Source of the DNA: Klebsormidium nitens
Taxonomy: Eukaryota; Plantae; Klebsormidiophyceae
DNA length: 64,000 nucleotides
Direction: 5' to 3'
NCBI GenBank assembly: GCA_000708835.1
Contig: DF237067.1
Coordinates: 62,001-126,000, forward strand
Shown here one piece after another: positions 36,800-46,700 of the stretch (positions are counted from its first letter, which is position 1; each line of letters opens with the position of its first letter). Under the pieces are notes generated by a model. It was not told where the DNA came from. It did no database searches and saw only the letters and a program-made list of their open reading frames with translations. The translations under genes were made by a program, and so were the position numbers.

Positions 36800-39700
36800 T
36801 AATGTCTAAATCCCTTGAAGCCAGGCGCACTGCCACGGAACACAAGTACAGAACTCTGCCGAGCACGCCGAGCTGTTCCGATCAGTCTTGGAAGGACGTA
36901 CTGACCAGGACAATGTCGAAGACAGTCCATTTGGGACAGCCTCCGTCGAACGTACCGCTGAGTCTGTCAGAAACCGGAGCTGCTTCGGTCAGTCTCAGAA
37001 GAGTTCGTTGAGCAATTGTCGCCCGGAAGTCGACCGGGAAAGACCGGAAGATTGGCGAGGTTCTGGAGCGCTCCCTTCTTCAGGAAAGAGCGGCGAACCG
37101 TTCCTCGGTTGCTCGACCGATCAACCGGGCGGCTGAGGCTCCCTCTCAGGCTTGAGCTCCGCGACTAACCATGGCAAAAGCACCCGGCTCAATCACCCAG
37201 GCTCTGGGGTGGAAGTTTCAGAAAAAATAGAGGTGAGCTTGCAGGAGAAGCGCGCACAGGCGAGTGAGGTTACGAGCCAGCCGATCGATCGACAGGCCAC
37301 CCCGGCAGCTAAAGGCCCCTTCCCTGATTTTAGTCCGCTAATAATCAGGGCAAAAGTGCTAGACAATGTCAGCTGGGCTCGGAGAAAGCTGCCTCGGGCG
37401 ATTCAGAGGCGAGATCGCAGGAGAAGCGCGCGCACGCGACTGACCTTACGAGCCAGCCGGAAGCCCCCCGACCGGATACCGGCAAACGCTTGAGCAGTAC
37501 GGAAGAAGCCCCGGTTTGCCAGCAGTCATGCCTGGGAGAATCTCCAGCCGCGTGAAGAACCAAAGAGAAAGGAGTTGCTTTCGAGTCTCTCCAGAAAATT
37601 TCGTTGCTAACGTGGGCTTGGTTCGTTGGGCTGGGAAGACGCGGCCGCGTCGCGCCTCACGGCCGGCAGTCCAAACGCGCGCGCTTCAAAATATGCGCTC
37701 CATGAGAAGGAGCACGATCACCGGCTCTCCATCTGCTACGGAAAGAGGGGTCTCCGTCATCAGAGGCGCGTTATCAGTGCCCATTCAGGGGTGGATCAGA
37801 AGCGAAATTGAGTGAGGTTGTGGAGAGCGGGACCGGAGCCAAAAGCGGCGAAGTTTCTGTGCGGAGCGGAAAGCTTGAGATCACAGAACCGGAAGGGACA
37901 GCGGAATCCGTTGGGAGCTATCGATGGGCTAAAATTTCAAAGTGACAGCTAGCGAGTGGGCCGCTTCGGGAGGCGTTTCGGGTGACCAAGACCGGGCGCC
38001 GTGGTTCTTGGTAGGAAGCCAAGAGAGGGCTGAGGAAGCGGGGCCTCAATTTCTGTCCGAAGAACCGGAAGTGGTCGCGTTCTTGCTCGAGAGTGTGATC
38101 TACCGGGTTGACAATGAAGCAGCATTGAGGAGTTTGGAGACAGGCATAGCCATTTCGGAAGACGAGAAGAATGCGCTCACTCCACGTGACAGTAACAGAG
38201 AAAGAGACAGGACCCCACGCCCGCTCAGTGACGAGAGCACGGACGGAGTAGAGTTGGCTGGAGATGCAGTGGTAAGACACGTGGCAGCTCGGGATGCTGA
38301 CACGGCCCCCTCAGAGGCTCAGTCTGCTGGTGCTCGGGAGACGGGGACCGGTCTGACTGCTACAGGGAAAGAGAGAGGGCGAGTGACCACGGGAAAGGTT
38401 TCAGAGCCGATGAAACGTGACCGGGAGGAGCGGCTTGAAATCGGACCGGCGGCGACGGGAATGGCGCGCAAGTGGCGGAGCGGAGCGTTCCGGTCACACG
38501 AGAAGCAGAGGAACAGCAAGGTGCATGCAGAAATGAAGAGTGTGAAGGAGGTCTGGTTTGCGCTGTTGCTGAGAATCTGGAAGGACCCGCGGGGCTTGTG
38601 CCGGGTCCAGGAAACGAACTGGAAGTGTCTGAAGCCTGGGCCGGTGAACTGGACGTAATGGAACGGGTCCCGGCGGAACGCGAAGGCGGAAGGGCCGACG
38701 AAACTGGAAGCACTGCCCGGGAGTCTGATGAGGGAGCCAGGTTGTATCGAGCAGATTTGGACAAGACCAACTTGGGCGAACTTTAACTTCGAACGGAGAT
38801 AAATTGCACAGAAGCGTGGCAAGCGGAACCAGTGCGAGCGGAACCGTCAGACACGGACGGATCCGATTCGGACAAAACGAAATTGGATAGACTCAGTCTA
38901 GTGGGAACCAATCTGGACACAAACAACTCGGACGGATTTCAGGAGGGAGCCAAGCGTGGACGGATGCTGTATGGACGGAACTGCTTTGGGCGGATCCAGC
39001 TCGTACGGAACCACCATGGACAAAATCGTTTCGGACAGAACCAGCCTGAACGCAACCGTTCTGGAGACGCACCATGTTGGAAATAACGAGCTCAACCATA
39101 GCCGATCTGGCCTCAAGTGGTCTTGGCGGAACCAGCTTGGGCGGATTCAGCTTGGGCGGGAGAAACCAGGAAGGAAACAGGCCGAGCCGAAGCAGTCTGG
39201 GCGGACGTGGGCAGAGACTCGGCGGACCGTTCTCTTTGCCGAAGCTGAAGTTTGAGAGCGCGCCCGGAGAAACAGGCTGTGCCCGCTGGGGGGGCGCATC
39301 AATTTTCCGCAACGGAAGCCGAAGCTCCGGTCAACCTGGCGGAGCTGGCGGAACGCCGGCCAGCTCTGAAGGAAGTCAAGAAGCGTAAGGCTAGCAGTCC
39401 GGAGATGATCCAGTTGAGACTCTTTGACTGACCCAATACATGTGGCACAAAATGATTCGATACAGCCAGAAACAATGAGACTCACCGCTGAATGAGGAAT
39501 CTGCCGTTCTAGGAACAATAACAAACTACATGCCCTTACAGATTCCGTCTTGAGACAATCTTGATCTGGTCTACAATTCTAGGGATCGCACAATGATAAG
39601 CTGACTGGCAGCGAGAGGGTAGAGTCAAAGCCACACTTTAGTTATGAAGTGTTCCAGAGTTCCACAATCATATGCAATGGTTGCTTTCAAACGTTCATGC

Positions 39701-40870
39701 TTTCTGGAATGCCGCAAGGAAGGTCAATCTGCTGCACGCTGCAGATTAGCAATAGATTTCAGAGTCTACTTGAGTTATTCCTGTACGTTATTGATTTTTG
39801 ATTGCCTTTTTATGCCTTTTTTTCGAAACCTGTGCCTCTCCTTACAAACGTAATCGACGCGTTGGCAGCAATATGATTGTCCAATCTTTGGATTGCCCTT
39901 CGACCAACTTCCGTTTAATTCACAGAACGTCAGATTTTTATGCCGTCCCTCGTACTAAAACTGATTGTTCCGTCATCGTTCCACAGGTCCACTCCCCGCG
40001 GGAGCGGAACGGCTTCGCTGCCACTTGTCTCATCAATGGGCGGGCCGTCCTCATCATTTGGCTCTCCCTGGCCCGCAAACAAGAATCGCTGACGCAGCGT
40101 GCACTACTTCCTGAACTGGCGAAAAGAGCTGCGCCGAGAGGGGGGCCAACGCTGCCTTAGATTTGGCCTCTTGCGGTGGACTAGATTGGTAACGCTGGGT
40201 TTGGATTCTGTTTCTGGCGGACGTTTGGGATCCAGCACAGTCGCTGCTTCACAACCGATTTCCGTCGGTGGTTTGAAACCGGGTTCGGATTACGTCGATT
40301 CAGGAGGGGTCCCAGTGGACACAGATACAGTCATCGCCGGTCAGTGTCGGAGGATTGGCACGGCAGGTCAACAAGAGTGGGCTTCAGAAGGAATCCCCTG
40401 GCGGAACGATTGGATCCCATACTGCTCCGATCCGCCCAGGGTAGGACGAGCGAATCAAAATTTCAGCCCCTCCGTTCCGGTTCCGGTCACGGCAGAGCTT
40501 CTCAGAATGGAAACAGAGCAGATCATCGAGGAAAACGGGGTAGAGTTGGACGTGACGGAACCAGGGCGGAAGCTTGGACAACGGAAAGGGAATAACGGAG
40601 AAGAGGCCGGGCTCCGGAGCGAGCGACAGCGTCGAGGTGCTGCTGCAGGAGCGGTCGCCGACGAGGATGGCGTCAGCGGCGAGACCGAGTCCGAGTCGGA
40701 TGGTGAGCATTACTTAGGGCAGAATCTGAGCCTAAGGAAGCGAGCCAATAAGAGTCGAGCGTGCTTCAGTTCGGGCTACCTCCGTCATCTTTTCCTTATG
40801 CCGCAAAGTCCTCTCTTGGCACCCGCTGCCACACACCATATGCGATTTTGTGAATGGGGACATTCGTGAT
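36800..40870 (+). pseudogene. Decayed coding-like tract (pseudogene or TE relic) of unknown identity
   Basis: Purine-rich plus strand with 238-aa and 256-aa E/R/G/S-rich ORFs (37942-38658, 40099-40869) broken by stops and frameshifts. There is a ~40-bp internal duplication (about 37245-37282 vs 37421-37460) and a splice-acceptor-like site near 39986. Confidence 0.45.
38740..39220. repeat. Degenerate 15-bp tandem repeat (pentapeptide periodicity)
   Basis: Units from 38957: TGGACGGATGCTGTA, TGGACGGAACTGCTT, TGGGCGGATCCAGCT, CGTACGGAACCACCA, TGGACAAAATCGTTT, CGGACAGAACCAGCC... and TTGGCGGAACCAGCT, TGGGCGGATTCAGCT. A one-base register shift occurs near 39077. Confidence 0.75.
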
Positions 40871-40941
40871 AAGGAGGACTCAAAAGGCAAGGAAAGGGAA
40901 AAGAATTACTTTGAGCACGTCTGAGCAGACAACGGCAATAC

Positions 40942-41208
40942 CTCTGATGCGGTGGCGCTCTCAATGCCCTCGCTCCTCGTAGGCGGCAAGCGCGTCCGCT
41001 GCAGGCGCGGGTGCGGGTGCGTTGACGGCGTTCGCTTTCTAGACAAATCGTTGGTTCCGTCGGGAGTTTGCGCTTTCGGGACTACGCCAGTGAGCGAGGC
41101 AAACGTCTTGGCGGCGACCTCGAAATGCGCGTGAGTGATGCGGACCAGTGGCAAGTCAACCAGGGCGAAGGCCATGGCGCCCTGGGACACCTCGCCAAGG
41201 TGCGGAAG
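40942..41208 (-). CDS. Isolated open exon (89 codons) of an unresolved gene or gene fragment
   Basis: Bounded by GCGCGCAG| and |GTATTG; encodes LPHLGEVSQGAMAFALVDLPLVRITHAHFEVAAKTFASLTG...ASE. No neighbouring exons could be assigned. Confidence 0.3.
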
Positions 41209-41808
41209 CTGCGCGCCCGCGCAAAAAGCTCCGGGATCTAGGGTAGCGGTTTGCGGAAGCGAGACTTTAATGGGCTTAGGGGTTAGGACGCAGTTTGCAG
41301 ATGTGAGGAGGAGGAGCGTATGAGACGAACCAGGCCGTTGGTGCAATGTGGTGCGGAGTCCAAGGGCTAACTTTTTAACTTCATTCAGTCGCAATTCATT
41401 CAACGGAATCATACCTTTCCAGCCAGGAAACTATGGTAAGTACCGGATGCACTGTGGTAACGACTGGGTACATAACGTACTACCCAGACTATCGTATCCA
41501 CGTATCTCCGCAGTCTGGGCCCTGCACAGGCCGTTCCGACTTGTGTCGCCTTGTCGCCTATACTGCAAGCGGCCATGTAATTACGAATTTGACTCGCACG
41601 TTTGTTGGCTTGTAAGTTGTCCCCGTTCTTTCGGAGTCGCCGGGCATTTTCGTCACACCAGCTGACGAACCTGGTGTAGGAAGCTGGGTACCCCATAAGT
41701 ACAGAAGCGTAAAGTACATTCTAGCTCCGCTGTCTGTACTTTGTAGTCCTAGCTAGGTATGGCTGCTTCCTAGTCTCTAGCCCGCCCCGACCTGCGGTTC
41801 CCGACGGT

Positions 41809-41836
41809 TCCGGACTCCGGAGTCCGGACTCCGGAG
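41809..41836. repeat. Four tandem TCCGGA(C/G) heptamers forming nested palindromes
   Basis: TCCGGAC TCCGGAG TCCGGAC TCCGGAG, read directly from the sequence. Confidence 0.9.
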
Positions 41837-42024
41837 CCCTCGATCTTAATTAGCGGTACGGTATCCGTACGGTGCACGGCCGCCGAAACGAATCTGACTA
41901 TGCACGACTTCTTCTGATGCACAAACCGTCTCAATTATTGACCAAGGGGCAAAAAAAGCGATTTGGCTGTAGGACGCAATCAAGGAGACTTGCCCTTCTC
42001 ACTTCCACCGAAGCAGATTCTGTT

Positions 42025-42513
42025 CCCAGGGTGGCAGCTCCCTGGATAACCCGTGGTACCTGCCTGAATATTCAACGATGGAGGGGCTTGCTTTTCCGAT
42101 ATATCTATCGAGAAATATATTCGATATTCCAAATATATTCGATATGAAAGCTTGCTTTCCAGGATTTGCACTGTATAAATATCCAAATTATCGAATAGAT
42201 TCAGGTATAAGCCCATATTTGTATTTTATCAGCAATATATCCAATATTATCGAATATATTCGGGTCAGAATCCTGGCATATCCGTGCTGGCACCCTACTA
42301 TTGGATGTATTTGGTATTTATCCGGACGAATAAATCAAATAGACATACCCCCCCCTAAGCAAATTTTAAATAAAAGTGGTGATATGTGCTCAGCTCGACG
42401 AGACGAATGCAATGGTGCAAACAAAACTGGAATATTCATTCGGATTCTGGACGATAAAAGCATTTATCAAAATTTATTGCATTTATTTTTATCCAGGGAG
42501 CTGCCACCCCGGG
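42025..42513. mobile_element. Non-autonomous DNA transposon (MITE, hAT-like), 489 bp
   Basis: 25-bp terminal inverted repeat CCC(A/G)GGGTGGCAGCTCCCTGGATAA with one mismatch (42025-42049, 42489-42513). An 8-bp direct repeat ATTCTGTT flanks it (42017-42024, 42514-42521). The interior is AT-rich with no transposase. An 8-bp TSD fits hAT, but also P and some other superfamilies. Confidence 0.88.
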
Positions 42514-42922
42514 ATTCTGTTTCGCCGAAGCTGCACCATTTGTTCACGGCAATATCCTGACTTGACCCAGGGTTACCGCAGAACGTCAATTTTTGTTGCT
42601 CGACATTCTCGGTCGGGCCGGAGATGGTCTGGGAAGGTGCAAGCTACCGAACTTGGTGGTGCCTAGATCTGTCCTATTGTGGCCACTGCTTCAGCTGCCA
42701 GCCCGTGTTTCCCGCTAGGTGTTTGTCACCAACTACGGGCCCCGGTAAGTCTTTATATGAAGTAACCCGATTCTCCAATAGTGCTGCACCTTTGGCATTT
42801 GCCTACCAGCCATGAAGGTCCCAGCTCAAACTTCCGGCAAATGGCAAATCTCTGCCCAGGGCCGCCCGAGGGCACGACCGGGTGATATCTACTGAGGCCC
42901 GCCGCCGCCCTGCACAATCTAG

Positions 42923-43018
42923 GTACCTAGATATTTGGTACCGTTGGGTACACAGATAGGTACATATGTTGGTACCGTCGTCCGCTTTTCGTACCTACCG
43001 GTACCTCTGGGACCGTAC
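42923..43018. promoter_or_regulatory. GTAC-motif cluster upstream of DUR3 copy 2
   Basis: Eight GTAC in 96 bp, including the palindrome CTAGGTACCTAG; more at 43525-43570 and 41425-41880. Confidence 0.4.
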
Positions 43019-43212
43019 GGAAAAACAGAGTTTACGGTTCACGTCAGACGAGCCGGAAAGAACTCCAGAAAGGACTTGGACATGTGCACTCTGTGTGCAC
43101 TGTGCAGGCACTGAACTTCGAAGGCAGCAACAAACAGCAAGCACCTTCAAGTTGGGCATGTGCAAGCACTGTAGAGTGTAGACTAGGACTAGCTACTTAT
43201 AAGCTACCGTAG

Positions 43213-43491
43213 TCCAACGTGATGATTCCGAATAAATAACTAATTCTCTGCGTTCGGAAAGTCAGAAATTCGGATTTCCCATTCGGAAAGTGAAAATTTC
43301 GGAAAGGTAAAATAACCCTGAAATGGTCCTCGGAAGCCGTAAAACTGCCAAAAGCAGCCAAAAACTCCCCTTTTGAGTGAGACCATAGGGCATTCGGATT
43401 TTGGTCGGAATCAGCATAAATAATTCCACTTTCCTGGTCGGATTGTTGGAAAATAATTCGAAATTAAATCGTTCGGAATCATCACGGTGGA
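43213..43491. mobile_element. MITE-like element with TTCGGA-rich interior
   Basis: Perfect 15-bp inverted repeat CGTGATGATTCCGAA (43218-43232 and 43472-43486), extendable to 20 bp with one mismatch. Many internal TTCGGA(A/T) motifs. No convincing TSD. Confidence 0.65.
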
Positions 43492-43782
43492 AGGCAGCAA
43501 TTTGCACTAGGGGAGACTAGGACCCAGGTACTGATCCAGAGTACTGAAAAGTATCTACCGAGGTACCGGACGTAGGTAGGAAGATCGGCGAGTCTGCCTG
43601 GCTCTGCCACTTTGATTGTCCCTGCATTGCATTCTCACCTTCAAATTCAAGTTCAAGTTCGTCTAGATCAGCTGCATTCACGACCTGCATTTGGAGTTTC
43701 TGTTTGTTGGACGCGCTCCTCCACACTACTCAACGCCGCCGCCCAGCTCCGGTCCTCTGGCTGCGTCGCCGCGCCTGCCACC

Positions 43783-46700
43783 ATGGCGTGCCCTCCCGAT
43801 GGCATTGGCCTGGCCAAGTACTACACAGAGATGCCCGATGGCTCCTGCATGAGGCAGGCGTCCTTCTTTGAGAACAAGAACATCCTGTCCCTCGGGTTCG
43901 GCTATGCGGTGGTGCTCGGGCTGGGGCTCTTCTTCTCCGTCTTCACAGCAGCTCTGGTGAGTGGTGCTGCGCTCTTTTGAACTCTAGTGCAGTCTTGTGT
44001 GTACGTTCAAATTGCATAGCCCGTCAAAATGCGATCTAGTGCAGTATCTTGGAGTGTGCAATGAAAGTTGTTTCCCAAAGTACAGCTGCAGGTTGCCTAG
44101 CTCCCTAGTGCTGGCAGCTTTGTGGGGCGCCCGAATGCCGTGCTGGCAACAAGCAAGTCAGTGCAAGCAGATTGCACTCGGTCAGAGTGGGTGAATTGGA
44201 TTCCTGAGCCAGTACTCACAGTGCTGAGTGATGTTCCTTACAAAGCACAACTGCTGATGCTTTGTGGGTCTACAGGTGTGGCTGGAGGAGCGGTATATGG
44301 GCACAGTGGCCTCATCTGAGTGGTAGGTCACACGGAAGCTCTGCTCTGCTCCAGCTCTGCTCCAGATCTCAGAGGTCTTTGCAGCGCCTACCTATCCCAA
44401 AGCTGTATACATTGGAGATCTATGGTCAAGCAGAACTTGAGATCTTGCAGTTGGTCATAGCCACTGTTTCCATTGTTGCAGGTTCAACACTGCTGGGCGC
44501 AGTGTCAAGACAGGTCTCATCGCCAGTGTCATTGTCTCACAGGTATGTCTTTTTAGTTCTGTGTTGAAGAAGGTCTTTTTCAGTCAGTCTCATACTCGGT
44601 CAATAATGCAAGCATAGCGGGGCCCCTCCGCTCAGGCAGGGGGGCGTGATGTAGGAATGTGGGCGCAAATGTGGGTGCGAACGTTGGTATGGAGCTGCGC
44701 CTCTGGGGAAATGGAAATCTGGGTTGTATTCTCATATGAACAGTCTGGCATACGCAAGTAGTCAGCTGGAAATTGCAGACTTGTGCACCCCCGAGGCTGA
44801 TGAAGTGGGAATGTGGGTGCCAGCTTGCTTGCCAGAGTTTCTCCGTGGAGTATCTTCTCGTTCAAACACTAGTTTGGCGTCCTGCGGGCTCCCTCAGTAG
44901 ACTTCCTTGATGATTGGAGTTGTGGATCTGGAGTGCTCCAATTGACCCCAACCATCCTCCTATCCCGTCAGTCTTGCGGCAGATTCAAGGCAGCCCTGGA
45001 GGGGAGTGGCTCTTCGTTTCTGGCAGGAATGCGATTCTGAATAAAAATGCCTCTTAAGATTGTTACTAACTTCTCTTTTCTTCCCTTTTGTTGTGGTACA
45101 GTGGACATGGGCTGCCACAATGTAAGTGCCTCCAAGCTGCCTTCCAAGCCCTTTGTAGGCAGGGGTTCCTTCCTGACTCTCTGTTTGGAGGCTTGGAAGA
45201 TGACGACACTGCTGCCCAGCTCTTAATCTTCTTGATGTCAAGGTGGTGCAAATCGAGGATCTCTCAAAATTCCAGGGGGGCATTGGGGGAAGCTTGGCAA
45301 CATTTTGCCCCCAAACCACCAGCTGTGAGGGTTGCCCCATATGCTGACAAACCTCTCAACGTCTTCTCTGCAGCCTGCAGTCAGCAAACGTTGCGTGGAA
45401 ATATGGTAAGCTCCCCTCCTCCCTCCTTGTCCTTTTCCTGGTCTTGTGTAAGGAGCATCGCTGGAATCCAAAGCTAACTGTATGTGAAGAGGGGCTGCCA
45501 ATCCAAGCGATAGCAATTCAAGCAACTTCAGTGGCTGGACCTGAACATGAACTCTTTGTACTGCAGGGATCAGCGGACCTTTCTGGTATGCCGCGGGTGC
45601 CACAGTCCAGGTGCTGCTCTTTGGAGTGATGGCAATTGAAATCAAGAGGAAGGCACCGACAGCTCACACCATCTGCGAGGTCGTGAGGGCAAGGTAGGAA
45701 GCCCCCTTCTGCTGGCCAACTCACTGGCAACTCTCAAGAGGAAGAGAACCCATGACTTTTGGGTTTTTGGTGGACTTCTATCAGCAATGATGGCAGATGC
45801 ATAATGCACTGTGGCAGGCAGTTTGTGAAGGGGTCTTACCACTGCTTTTGAAGGCTGTCGATCCAGAGTTCGATGGACTGGCAACGAAATGGAGCCACGC
45901 AACTGTGTCTTTCCCTCGGGTGAACCTTTGCCCAGGTGTTAACAAGTGCCTTTTGTTCTCCTGCAGATGGGGTGAGCGCTCCCTGCAACTCATTGGACAT
46001 GACTAGGAGATTCGGAGTATCCAAGCTGTGTCCAGATTGGGATTGGGAATCCAGCCTCGTTATGCAGAGCATTTGGAATGCAAAGGTAGACTGCTTCACG
46101 TGCTTGATGCCCTGGCCCTCTTTGCCTGACTGATTGGGAGCCGCCTAGCTGATTGCCAAGTCTGAAAGCTCTGGTACTTGCAGGACAAACGGCGCATTTT
46201 GTGTTCCTCTTCTTCTGCTTCATGACCAACTGCATTGTGACGTCAATGCTCCTGGTGAGTGGCATGGGAGCACACACATTTCAAAGACACGAAACCAGAT
46301 TCTTGCTATTAGTCTAGTCCTGCTCATCCACTTTCATTCTCACATTGAGAAGTTCGACAAATCCTTGCTGTAGTCTTGAAGCTCATGCTGTAAAGAGACT
46401 GCTTATCAAACGCTGATCGTTTCCATTCAATTCTTACTTTGTTTCCTCTCTGATGCACCTGCCACCTGTTGCCACTTTCAGCTGGGAGGTTCTTCTGTCG
46501 TCAACGCCCTCACTGGAATGAACATCTACCTGGCCTGCTTCCTCATTGTAAGTGCCCCATGTCCTCATGCTTGCTTTGCTCGACACGCATCATCTATGTA
46601 CTCCTCCAGTAGAAGTTCTCTGACCAAGGGGGTGAGCCTGCTAAGCGTAGCACTTCATCTCCTGTGTTTGGACGGACTACTCTGCTCATCTCTGTTGCGA

